From Chloroflexota bacterium (GTDB lineage Bacteria > Chloroflexota > Limnocylindria > QHBO01), in NCBI GenBank assembly GCA_046725855.1, contig JBKOZM010000138.1, forward strand, positions 1-29,301: 29,301 nt of DNA. The letters are read 5' to 3'. Shown here piece after piece: positions 7,137-15,892 of this stretch. The translations under genes were made by a program, and so were the position numbers. The notes under the pieces are model-generated. The model was not told the DNA's origin, made no database searches, and saw only the letters and a list, made by a program, of their open reading frames with translations. Position 1 is the first letter of the stretch, and each line of letters opens with the position of its first letter.

Positions 7137-8606
7137 GTGGCGACCCGAGCAGCCGCATCCGAGCGACGCTCTGCCGAACTGGCGGCAGCGCTTTCGTTCC
7201 TGCTGCCCGGTCTCGGCCAGGGCTGGCTCGGCGCATTCGGCCGAGGCCTGGCGATGGCCCTCCCGGTGCTCCTGCTCGTCGGCTTCGCCATTGGGTTCGT
7301 CATGGCCCAGGGCTGGACCCATGCGGTGTTGGTGGCGGTTCGGCCGAGCGTGCTGATGCCGCTGCTGATCCTGAACGCGCTGCTGCTGGCCTGGCGCGCC
7401 GGTGCGATCGTCGACGCCTGGCGGCTGGCGCGCCGCGGCTCGCCGCCGAGCGGTGGGAGCAGCCAGGGGCGGCGCGTCATGGCGGCCACCGTCCTGGGCG
7501 TCCTGCTGGTCCTGACGCTGGGGACGCACGTCGGCCTCGGCTACCTGGGCTACAAGACCTACGACACGATCACCTCCGTCTTCGTCACGCCCGAGCCGAG
7601 CCCCGCCGGCACGCCGGAGCCGACCACAGACCCCTCGGCAGAGCCGACCAACACGCCCCGACCCACGCCGGAGCCGACGCCGACCCCCATCTGGTCGACG
7701 AATGGCCGCCTGGACATCCTGCTGGTGGGCGGGGACGCCGGGCCCGGTCGCTGGAGCCTCCGCACCGACACGATGATCCTGCTCAGCATCGACGTTCGGA
7801 CCGGCCGCGCGGCGATGTTCGGCATCCCGCGCAACCTGCGAAACGTGCCGCTGCCGGAGGGCCCGGCCGCGGCCTTTCCCGCCTGCGCCTGCTTCCCGGA
7901 CATCCTCAACGGGCTGTACGTGTATGCCGGCGCGCAACCCGAATGGTTCCCCGGGGGCGAGTCGCGCGGGTATCAGGCCCTGCAGGACGCCGTGGCCGAG
8001 ATGACAGGCCTGCAGATGGACGGGATGCTGGTCGTCACGCTGCAGGGGTTCGTGCGGCTGGTCGACGCGCTGGGCGGGCTGGACATCACGACCCCCTACA
8101 ACCTGTATGACGCCAGCTATCCGAGCGAGGACGGCAGACACCACGAGGTGATCTGGATCCCCGCCGGCGCGCACCATTTCGACGGGCACATGGCCCTCGC
8201 CTTCGCGCGCTCGCGCCACCAGGACTCGGACTACGACCGGATGTATCGCCAGCAGCTGACGCTCACGGCGCTGCGGCGGCAGCTGGACCCATGCACCCTC
8301 ATCCTGCGCATCCCCGAGCTGCTCGACATCGCCAGGGACTCGCTCTGGACGAACATGCCGATCGAGCAGCTGCCCGACCTGTTCGCCCTGGGCGCCAGGG
8401 TGCAGATCGATCAGATCGCCAAGTACCAGTTCTGGCCGCCGGACATCCCCGAGGACCTGGACGCGGCCGGGCTGGCCCTGATCCGCGAGATGGTGGTCGA
8501 TCCCTTCCCGGCCACCGGTACTCCTGCCAGCCACGCACCGTCCCGGGCACCTGGCGACCCCGGCGCGAGCGCCGCACCGACGCAGCCGCCGGATAGCGGC
8601 TGCTGA
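7137..8606 (+). CDS. LytR-CpsA-Psr (LCP) family wall-polymer ligase with a multi-TM N-terminus and a PT-rich linker
   Basis: [54 protein letters not shown]. Confidence 0.92.
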   Translation: MATRAAASERRSAELAAALSFLLPGLGQGWLGAFGRGLAMALPVLLLVGFAIGFVMAQGWTHAVLVAVRPSVLMPLLILNALLLAWRAGAIVDAWRLARRGSPPSGGSSQGRRVMAATVLGVLLVLTLGTHVGLGYLGYKTYDTITSVFVTPEPSPAGTPEPTTDPSAEPTNTPRPTPEPTPTPIWSTNGRLDILLVGGDAGPGRWSLRTDTMILLSIDVRTGRAAMFGIPRNLRNVPLPEGPAAAFPACACFPDILNGLYVYAGAQPEWFPGGESRGYQALQDAVAEMTGLQMDGMLVVTLQGFVRLVDALGGLDITTPYNLYDASYPSEDGRHHEVIWIPAGAHHFDGHMALAFARSRHQDSDYDRMYRQQLTLTALRRQLDPCTLILRIPELLDIARDSLWTNMPIEQLPDLFALGARVQIDQIAKYQFWPPDIPEDLDAAGLALIREMVVDPFPATGTPASHAPSRAPGDPGASAAPTQPPDSGC

Positions 8607-8641
8607 AGCGGGAGCGGCCCCTGCGTCATAATCGGGCGGCC

Positions 8642-9817
8642 ATGACCGTCTACCTCGACCACGCGGCCACGACTCCGCTGCGGCCCGAGGTGCTCGAGGC
8701 GATGCTGCCGTACCTGACCGAGCGGTGGGGCAACCCGTCGAGCATCCACGCCTCGGGACGCGACGCACGCCGAGGGCTCGACGAGTCGCGCGAGACGGTG
8801 GCTCGCCTGCTCGGCGCCAGGCCGCGTGAGGTCGTGTTCACCAGTGGCGGGACCGAGTCCGTCAACCTGGCGATCAAGGGCGCGGCGTGGGCCGCCAGCG
8901 CCCGCGGCCGGCACATCGTCACGACCGCGGTCGAGCACAAGGCGGCCCTCCACTCGTGCGCGGTCATGGGGCGTCATGGCTTCGAGGTGACCTATCTGCC
9001 GGTGGACCGATACGGGCGCGTCGACCCCGGTGCGGTGGCCGCCGCGATCACCGAACGAACTTCGCTGGTCAGCGTGATGTACGCCAACAACGAGGTTGGC
9101 ACGATCCAGCCGATCCGCGAGATCGGGGCCATCTGCCGCGAGCGGCGCGTGCTCTTCCACGTCGACGCGGTCCAGGCGGCGGGCTTCCTGCCGCTGGACG
9201 TCGACACCCTGCAGGTCGACCTGCTGAGCCTGGGCGCGCACAAGCTGTACGGGCCGAAGGGCGTGGGCGCGCTGTTCGTCCGGCACGGAAGCCAGCTGCT
9301 GCCGCAGCAGTCCGGCGGTTCGCAGGAGCGGCAGCGTCGGGCAGGGACGGAGAACGTCCCGGGCATCGTCGGGCTGGCGCGTGCGCTCGAGCTGGCGCAG
9401 GGCGATGCCGGGGAACGCGACCTCGAGAACGCGCGCCTGACCGGGCTGCGCGACGGGCTGATCGCGGGCCTGACCTCGATCCCGGGCGTGTCCCTCACCG
9501 GCCATCCCGAGGAGCGGCTGCCGAATAACGCCAGTGTGGTGGTCGACGGGATCGAGGGCGGCGACGCGGTGGCGGCGCTCGACCTGGAGGGGATCGAGGT
9601 CTCGACCGGCAGCGCCTGCACCACCGGATCGGCCGAGCCGAGTCACGTCCTGCTGGCAATGGGAATCCATCCCGAGCTGGCCCACGGCTCGCTGAGGCTG
9701 ACCGCAGGTCGCGCCACGACGCCGGACGAGCTGGCGCACACGATCGAGGTGATGCGCGCCGTGATCGGGCGGCTGCGCGATTTCACGGCGCCGCGTCCCG
9801 CGGTCGCATCGGTCTAG
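8642..9817 (+). CDS. iscS: Cysteine desulfurase (IscS/NifS group I)
   Basis: [55 protein letters not shown]. Confidence 0.95.
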   Translation: MTVYLDHAATTPLRPEVLEAMLPYLTERWGNPSSIHASGRDARRGLDESRETVARLLGARPREVVFTSGGTESVNLAIKGAAWAASARGRHIVTTAVEHKAALHSCAVMGRHGFEVTYLPVDRYGRVDPGAVAAAITERTSLVSVMYANNEVGTIQPIREIGAICRERRVLFHVDAVQAAGFLPLDVDTLQVDLLSLGAHKLYGPKGVGALFVRHGSQLLPQQSGGSQERQRRAGTENVPGIVGLARALELAQGDAGERDLENARLTGLRDGLIAGLTSIPGVSLTGHPEERLPNNASVVVDGIEGGDAVAALDLEGIEVSTGSACTTGSAEPSHVLLAMGIHPELAHGSLRLTAGRATTPDELAHTIEVMRAVIGRLRDFTAPRPAVASV

Positions 9818-10902
9818 TGGGGAGGATCGTGGCCGCCATGAGCGGCGGGGTCGACTCATCGGTGGCGGCCGCGCTGCTGGCGCTCGACGCGACGGCCAAT
9901 GGCGACGAGGTGGTCGGCGTCTGGATGCGCCTGCACCCCGACGGCGGCGAGGGGTACGAGCAGAGCCGCAGCTGCTGCTCGCCGGACGCGGCGGACGACG
10001 CGCGACGCGTGGCGCAGATCGTCGGCATCCCGTTCTTCGCGCTCAACCTGGAGCGCGAGTTCGAGGCCAAGGTGATCGACGCCTTCGCCGACGGCTACCT
10101 GGATGGCGCCACGCCGAACCCGTGCCAGGCCTGCAACCAGTACATCAAGTTCGACGTGCTGCTGCGCCGTGGGCTGGCCGCCTACGGGGCCGATCGGGTG
10201 GCGACGGGCCACTACGCGAGGGTCGAGCGGCGTGACGGCGCGTACCGCCTGCTGCGCGCCGCCGATGCGGACAAGGACCAGACCTATTTCCTGTGGGTGC
10301 TCGACCAGGAGCAGCTGGCGGCCACCTGCTTCCCCCTGGGCGAGCTGACCAAGCCCGAAGTGCGGCGCATCGCCGCTGAGCTGGGGCTCCCCACTGCCGC
10401 CAAGCCGGAGAGCCAGGAAATTTGCTTCGTGCCCGCCGGCGACTATCGCGAGCTGCTCGCCGAGCGGCGCGGCTACACCGGCGAGCCCGGCCCGATCCTG
10501 GATGCCGAGGGGACGCGGCTCGGCACTCACTCCGGTTACGCCCACTACACCGTGGGCCAGCGGCACGGGCTGGGCCTGGCGCTCGGCGAGGCGGCCTACG
10601 TGCGCGAGGTGCGGCCCGCCACCAATACGGTGGTGGTCGGCCGGCGGGACGAGGTGGCCGCCCGGCAGTTTGCGGTCGAGGGGCGCCGCTTCGTGGGCGG
10701 CGAGCCGCCGGCCGAGCGCTTCACCGCCTCGGTGCGCATCCGGCACCGCTCGCCCGACGTGGCGTGCGAGGTGACCCTGGTCGGCGACGAGCGCTTCGTG
10801 GTCGAGACGGCCGAGCCGGTCTGGGCACCGGCACCGGGACAGGCTGCCGTCCTGTACGACGGCGAGGCCTGCCTGGGCGGCGGTCGGATTGCCGCAGCAT
10901 GA
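9817..10902 (+). CDS. mnmA: tRNA 2-thiouridine(34) synthase, CXXC (C-type)
   Basis: SGGVDSS PP-loop, TPNPCQACN, ATGHYA, DKDQTYFL, ESQEICF, YTVGQR, APGQAAVLY. Confidence 0.96.
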   Translation: MGRIVAAMSGGVDSSVAAALLALDATANGDEVVGVWMRLHPDGGEGYEQSRSCCSPDAADDARRVAQIVGIPFFALNLEREFEAKVIDAFADGYLDGATPNPCQACNQYIKFDVLLRRGLAAYGADRVATGHYARVERRDGAYRLLRAADADKDQTYFLWVLDQEQLAATCFPLGELTKPEVRRIAAELGLPTAAKPESQEICFVPAGDYRELLAERRGYTGEPGPILDAEGTRLGTHSGYAHYTVGQRHGLGLALGEAAYVREVRPATNTVVVGRRDEVAARQFAVEGRRFVGGEPPAERFTASVRIRHRSPDVACEVTLVGDERFVVETAEPVWAPAPGQAAVLYDGEACLGGGRIAAA

Positions 10903-10908
10903 CCCGCC

Positions 10909-11202
10909 ATGACGCCATGGATGCTCCTCACCGCCCTGGTGGCGGCCATCAACCTCGCCGCCTTCGTTGCCGTCCGGGGTCGGTGGGGCCGGATCGTCCT
11001 GCCGCTGGCGATCGCCGCCGTGCTGGGGACCATGGCTGGCGACGCGATCGGCGCACGTACCGGGCTCGAGATCTGGCGGCTGGGCGACTATCACCTGGTG
11101 GCGGCGTCGGTTGGCGCTCAGCTGGCGATGCTCGGCACCCTGCTGCTCGGCGCGCTCGTGCCGCAGGCGTCCGAGCCGCCGACGTCCGAGCCGCCGACGT
11201 GA
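10909..11202 (+). CDS. Small membrane protein (~3 TM), function unknown
   Basis: 97-aa hydrophobic ORF filling the gap in the operon. Confidence 0.7.
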   Translation: MTPWMLLTALVAAINLAAFVAVRGRWGRIVLPLAIAAVLGTMAGDAIGARTGLEIWRLGDYHLVAASVGAQLAMLGTLLLGALVPQASEPPTSEPPT

Positions 11203-11216
11203 GAGGCTGAGCGGCG

Positions 11217-11588
11217 ATGGAGCTGGCGCAGACCATCTTCCAGGTAGGGGTCGGGGTGGGAGCCATCCTGGTCGGCCTGGGGGTGGTGCTTGCCGCGCTG
11301 AGCCTGCGCCCGGTCGCGCGCGACGCCCGGCGGCTGGCCAACGACGCGCGACGCCTGGTCCGGCTGACGGAGGAAGAGCTGCCGGCCATCCTGGCCGATG
11401 CGCGCGAGCTGGGTGCCGACGTGGAGGGGCTGGTGGCGGACCTGACCGCCCGCATCGAGGAGGTCGGCCAGGTGGCGGCCAACCTCGAGTATCCCGTTCC
11501 GCAATGGCCGACGTCACTGCCCCCACCACGTCCGACGCAGGGGCCGGTACAATCGGCGAACGCACGAGAGGACGAGCGGATCGCATGA
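11217..11588 (+). CDS. DUF948/YtxG-like protein (N-terminal TM + coiled coil)
   Basis: One TM followed by a heptad-like helix; ATGA overlap with the YtxH-like gene. Confidence 0.6.
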   Translation: MELAQTIFQVGVGVGAILVGLGVVLAALSLRPVARDARRLANDARRLVRLTEEELPAILADARELGADVEGLVADLTARIEEVGQVAANLEYPVPQWPTSLPPPRPTQGPVQSANAREDERIA

Positions 11589-11851
11589 GAGACTCTGGAT
11601 TCGGCAGCTTCGTGGCTGGCCTGGCGATCGGTGGGCTCATCGGCGCCGCCATCGGGCTGCTCCTGGCTCCCGCCACCGGCGAGGAGCTGCGTGAGCAGGT
11701 TGGCGAGTTCGTCGATGAGAAGCGCGCCGCCTTTGACGAGGCGGTCAACGAGGGCCGTGCCGCGGCCGAGAAGGCACGCGCTGAGATGGTCAACGGATAC
11801 GATGCGGATGCCGCCGGGGGCGAGGCCGCGCCGGAGGGCGCCGCTGGCTGA
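11585..11851 (+). CDS. YtxH-like protein
   Basis: MRDSGFGSFVAGLAIGGLIGAAIGLLLAPATGEELR matches the YtxH signature (G-rich TM, LLLAP.SG.E.R). This is the C-terminal part of track ORF 10967..11851. Confidence 0.85.
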   Translation: MRDSGFGSFVAGLAIGGLIGAAIGLLLAPATGEELREQVGEFVDEKRAAFDEAVNEGRAAAEKARAEMVNGYDADAAGGEAAPEGAAG

Positions 11852-11876
11852 GGCCGCCACCGAGATCGCGCAGTCA

Positions 11877-11902
11877 CGAGAGCCGGTGGTCGCCGGCTCT
11901 CG
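11877..11902 (+). terminator. Perfect 10-bp GC-rich hairpin between the ytxH-like gene and alaS (terminator or regulatory stem, no U-tract)
   Basis: CGAGAGCCGG-TGGTCG-CCGGCTCTCG. Confidence 0.45.
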
Positions 11903-11928
11903 CCGTGAGTGAAGGATTCGTTCGACCG

Positions 11929-14565
11929 ATGGACTGGATGAGCGCGGCAGACATCCGGGAGCGCTACCAGCGCTTCTTCGAGGAGCGCGGGCACACGCGT
12001 GTGCCGCCCGCGCCGCTGCTGGCCCGCGACGATCCCACCCTCCTGTTCGTCAACTCCGGGATGGTCCCGTTCAAGCGCGTGCTGACCGGCGAGGAGCGTC
12101 GCGACTACACGCGAGCGGTGGACGCGCAGCCGTGCCTGCGCGTGGCCGGCAAGCACAACGACTTCGAGGAGGTCGGGCGCACGCCGCGGCACCAGACCCT
12201 GTTCGAGATGCTCGGCAACTGGAGCTTTGGCGACTACTTCAAGCGCGAGGCGATCGGATGGGCCTGGGAGTTCCTGACCGAGGAGCTGAAGCTCGACCCC
12301 GAGCGCCTGGCGGCCACGGTCTACACCGATGACGACGAGGCGCACCGGATCTGGACCCAGGAGATCGGCCTGCCGGCCGAGCGGGTCGTGCGCTGGGGCA
12401 ACATCGCGGCCGGCGACGACCACAACTTCTGGCAGATGGCCGACACCGGTCCCTGTGGCCCGTGCAGCGAGATCCACTTCGACCGTGGCGCCGAGCTGAG
12501 CGAGGGGCCGCACTGCATCCCGGACCACTCGGAGACCTGCCCGCGCTGGCTCGAGTTCTGGAACCTGGTGTTCATGCAGTTCGATCGGGCCGCCGACGGC
12601 ACGCTCAGCCCGCTGCCGTTTCGCAGCGTCGACACCGGCATGGGCCTGGAGCGCACCGCCTCGATCGTGCAGGGGGTGGACAGCAACTACCGAACCGACC
12701 TGTTCACGCCGATCATCGACCGCCTGGCGGCGCATCTCGGGCACCGCCCGGAGGATGTGGAGGCGGAGCGCTTCAGCTACCAGGTGGTGGCCGATCACTC
12801 GCGGGCGATGACGTTCCTGATCGGCGAGGGGGTGAAGCCGGCGAACGACGGCCCGGGCTACGTGCTGCGCCGCCTCATCCGTCGCGCCGTTCGCCACGTG
12901 CGCCTGATGGGCATCCAGCAGCGGGTGCTGAGGGAGACGTGCGACGGGGTGGTTCAGGTCATGGGGGGCGCCTATCCGTTGCTGGCGCGCGAGCGGGAGC
13001 GAATCCTGACCGAGGTCGCCGATGAGGAGGCCAAGTTCCACCGCACCCTGGATGCAGGTAGCGAGCGGCTGGCTGCCCTGGTCGAGGCGGCTGGCCAGGA
13101 CGGGACGATCCCGGGGGAGGAGGCGTTCCGCCTGCATGACACGTTCGGCTTTCCAATCGACCTGACGGTCGAGATCGCGGCGGAGCGTGGGGTCGGGGTG
13201 GATCGTGCCGGCTTCGACGCGGCGATGGCCGAGCAGCGCGAACGCTCGCGTGGAGCGAAGGCGGGTCGCTTCGCCGCCGACGAGCGGCTGGCGACACTGG
13301 CGAGCGAGTTCGTGGGCTACCCGAACCAGACCGATGCCGACGATCTGCGCATCCAGGGAATCGGCCAGGTTGACGGCCAGGCGCAGGTCGTGCTCGATCG
13401 CACCCCCTTCTACGCGGAGGGCGGCGGCCAGGTCGGCGATCACGGCGAGCTGATCGGCCAGAACGGGCGGCTGGTGGTCGAGGATACGCAGCGAGTCGGC
13501 GAGGCGATCGTGCACATCGGCCAGCTGGGAGGAGCGCTGGCCGAGGGCGAGGTCGTTGCGGCCCGGGTCGACGCCGATCGACGCTGGGACGCGGCGCGCA
13601 ACCACACCGCCACGCACCTGCTCCATCGTGCGCTGCGGGACGTGCTGGGCGAGCAAGCCAAGCAGGCCGGCAGCTGGGTCGGACCGGACGGGTTGCGCTT
13701 CGACTTCCCCGCCAGCGGCGCCACGTCGCGCGAGCAGCTGCGTGAGGTCGAACGGATCGTCAACGCCCAGATCCGGCGCAACGCGACGGTGACGCCGGTC
13801 GAGATGGCCCTGGCCGAGGCGCAGGAGCTCGGTGCCGACATGTTCTTTGGTGAGAAGTACGCGCCGGACCGCGTGCGCGTGGTTCGGGTCGATGGCTACA
13901 GCAAGGAGCTGTGCGGCGGCACCCATGTTGCGGCCACCGGCCAGATCGGGACCTTCCGCATCACCGGCGAGTCGAGCATCGGCGCCGGGCTGCGGCGGAT
14001 CGAGGCCGTGACCGGGGCCGCTGCCGACGAGCTCGTGGCGCGCCGCCTGGAGGCGCTGCGCGCCGCCGCCCAGCTGCTCGGCAGCGCCGATGAGCAGGTT
14101 CCCGAGCGGGTGGAGGCGCTGCTCAGCAGGCTGCGCGGGGCGGAGAAGCCGGATCGCGCCACGCGCGGCGACGGACCAGCCCGGCTCGACGCCGCCGCGG
14201 CGCTGGCCGACGCCCAGCAGGCCGGCGACACGAAGGTGATCGTGGCCAGCTACCCGGGCGCCGACGCCGCTGCCCTGCGTGTGCTGGCCGACGACTTGCG
14301 TGGCATGACCGGCCGCTTCGTTGCGGTCGCGGCCGGCGACGGTGGCGGCCCCTCATTGCTGGTGGCCGCCAGCCGCGACCTGGTGGCCGAGGGCTTCGAC
14401 TCGGCGGCGGTGGTGCGTTCGGCTGCCGCGCTCATCGGTGGTGGGGGAGGTGGGCGCGGCGAGCTGGCTCAGGCCGGCGGACGGGACGCGACGCATCTCG
14501 ACGAGGCCCTACGCGAGGCCGCGCGCCTGGCGCTCGAGGCGCTGCAGCGCGTCGAGTCGAGCTGA
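11929..14565 (+). CDS. alaS: Alanine--tRNA ligase
   Basis: DPTLLFVNSGM, FEMLGNWSFGDYFK, GPCGPCSEI, DTGMGLER, editing motifs HTATHLLH/ELCGGTH, C-Ala GGGGG. Start uncertain (11905/11929/11938). Confidence 0.97.
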   Translation: MDWMSAADIRERYQRFFEERGHTRVPPAPLLARDDPTLLFVNSGMVPFKRVLTGEERRDYTRAVDAQPCLRVAGKHNDFEEVGRTPRHQTLFEMLGNWSFGDYFKREAIGWAWEFLTEELKLDPERLAATVYTDDDEAHRIWTQEIGLPAERVVRWGNIAAGDDHNFWQMADTGPCGPCSEIHFDRGAELSEGPHCIPDHSETCPRWLEFWNLVFMQFDRAADGTLSPLPFRSVDTGMGLERTASIVQGVDSNYRTDLFTPIIDRLAAHLGHRPEDVEAERFSYQVVADHSRAMTFLIGEGVKPANDGPGYVLRRLIRRAVRHVRLMGIQQRVLRETCDGVVQVMGGAYPLLARERERILTEVADEEAKFHRTLDAGSERLAALVEAAGQDGTIPGEEAFRLHDTFGFPIDLTVEIAAERGVGVDRAGFDAAMAEQRERSRGAKAGRFAADERLATLASEFVGYPNQTDADDLRIQGIGQVDGQAQVVLDRTPFYAEGGGQVGDHGELIGQNGRLVVEDTQRVGEAIVHIGQLGGALAEGEVVAARVDADRRWDAARNHTATHLLHRALRDVLGEQAKQAGSWVGPDGLRFDFPASGATSREQLREVERIVNAQIRRNATVTPVEMALAEAQELGADMFFGEKYAPDRVRVVRVDGYSKELCGGTHVAATGQIGTFRITGESSIGAGLRRIEAVTGAAADELVARRLEALRAAAQLLGSADEQVPERVEALLSRLRGAEKPDRATRGDGPARLDAAAALADAQQAGDTKVIVASYPGADAAALRVLADDLRGMTGRFVAVAAGDGGGPSLLVAASRDLVAEGFDSAAVVRSAAALIGGGGGGRGELAQAGGRDATHLDEALREAARLALEALQRVESS

Positions 14566-14585
14566 CGGCCGAGGAGCCGGGCGGC

Positions 14586-15887
14586 GTGCAGCAGCTGCTG
14601 GGAGCCATCCTGGATCGCCTGCGAGGATTGCGCGCGAGCCCTGGTGGCGGCCCGACCTCGCTGACCGCCCTGGACGTGGGCACCGAGTTCGCCAAGGCGC
14701 TGGTCGTCGTGCTCGAGCCGTCCGAGGACGGCTTGGTCGGCGAGGTGCGCGGCGCGGGGCGCCAGCGGCAGGGCCTGACCCACATGCAATCAGGCACGGT
14801 CAGCGACATCGACGCGGTGGTGGCCAATTGTCGGCGCGCGCTCGACGAGGCGGAGGCGGCGGCCGGGCTGCGACCGTCGGCCGCCGTGATCGGCATCGCC
14901 GGCGAGCTGGTCAAGGGCGCCACCTCGGTGAGCACCGTGCGACGCGAGGACGCCCACGCCGCGCTGACCGAGGCGGAGCTGGAGTCGATCGTCGAGCGCG
15001 TGCAGGCCGAGGCGCTGGCCGACGCCGAGTCGCGCATCGCATGGGAGAGCGGTGTCGAGCGCCTGGACGTGCGGCTCGTGCACGCCGCCATCGTGGAGAT
15101 GAAGATCGACGGCTATCCGGTCTCGAACCCGATCGGCTTCACCGGCGCCCAGCTCGAGCTGGCGGTCTTCAACGCCTTTGCGCCGATGGTCCACCTGGGA
15201 GCGCTGCAGTCGGTGGCCACCCAGCTCGGGTTGCAGCTGCTGGGTGTGATCGCCGAGCCGTATGCCGTGGCCACCTGCCTCGACCCCGGCGAGCTGGGCG
15301 ATGCGGGGGCGGTCTTTGTGGACGTGGGCGGCGGCACGACCGATGTCGCGCTGGTGCGACACGGCGGCATCGCCGGCACGAAGATGCTGGCGTTGGGCGG
15401 CCGCGCGTTCACCAAGGGGCTGGCCGAGCGCTTCGGCCTCTCCTTCGCGCGCGCCGAGTCGGTGAAGCTGGCGGCTGGCAGCGACGGCGAGCTGCCCGAG
15501 CCGGTGGCGAGCGACGAGCTGGCGTCGGCACTGGTCGACGATGCCGCGGTCTGGCGCCGCGGGGTCGAGCTCATGATCGGCGACCTCGCCGACGGCGAGC
15601 TGCTCCCGGGTCGCATCTACCTGTGCGGCGGCGGCGCGCAGCTGCCGCAGATCGCGGCCGCGCTGTCCGACGACGACTGGTGGCGTCGACTGCCCTTCGC
15701 GCGGCGCCCGCAGGTGGCCAATCTCAACCCGGGCGAGGTGACCGGGCTGCGTGACGCCACCGCGACGCTGACCACCCAGCAGGACGTGACACCCATGGCG
15801 CTCGCGCGCCAGGCCCTCATCCTGGACGCTCAGGCGACGGCCGCCGAACGCGCCATGCGACGCGCCATGCGCGTCATGCAGCTGTAG
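14586..15887 (+). CDS. FtsA-like actin-fold ATPase (paralog outside the dcw cluster)
   Basis: Phosphate-1 ALDVGT, FtsA-like SGTVSDIDAVV...ALDEAE..AG, IAEPYA, phosphate-2 VDVGGGTTD, LGGRAFT, adenosine LCGGGAQL. SD GAGGAG before GTG. Confidence 0.85.
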   Translation: MQQLLGAILDRLRGLRASPGGGPTSLTALDVGTEFAKALVVVLEPSEDGLVGEVRGAGRQRQGLTHMQSGTVSDIDAVVANCRRALDEAEAAAGLRPSAAVIGIAGELVKGATSVSTVRREDAHAALTEAELESIVERVQAEALADAESRIAWESGVERLDVRLVHAAIVEMKIDGYPVSNPIGFTGAQLELAVFNAFAPMVHLGALQSVATQLGLQLLGVIAEPYAVATCLDPGELGDAGAVFVDVGGGTTDVALVRHGGIAGTKMLALGGRAFTKGLAERFGLSFARAESVKLAAGSDGELPEPVASDELASALVDDAAVWRRGVELMIGDLADGELLPGRIYLCGGGAQLPQIAAALSDDDWWRRLPFARRPQVANLNPGEVTGLRDATATLTTQQDVTPMALARQALILDAQATAAERAMRRAMRVMQL

Positions 15888-15892
15888 TCCCG

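Noticed and set aside
7617-7690. Repetitive GAGCCGAC-like sequence in the LCP gene
   Set aside because: Simply encodes the PEPT-rich linker.
11168-11200. 15-bp tandem duplication (CGTCCGAGCCGCCGA x2) encoding SEPPT-SEPPT
   Set aside because: Real, but confined to a disordered C-terminal tail; likely neutral slippage.
11852-11928. Canonical T-box riboswitch for alaS
   Set aside because: No UGGNACC bulge, no room for Stem I, no U-tract terminator; kept only as a low-interest hairpin.
9856-13926. 1356-aa minus-strand ORF and other long antisense/alternate-frame ORFs (2611-4776, 7119-8768, 8411-9859, 15830-17191, 23036-24379)
   Set aside because: Shadow ORFs of well-supported genes in high-GC DNA; Arg/Ala/Pro-rich, no motifs.
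14586-15887. Canonical cell-division ftsA or type IV pilus pilM
   Set aside because: No ftsZ/ftsQ or pilNOP neighbours, so no gene symbol was assigned.
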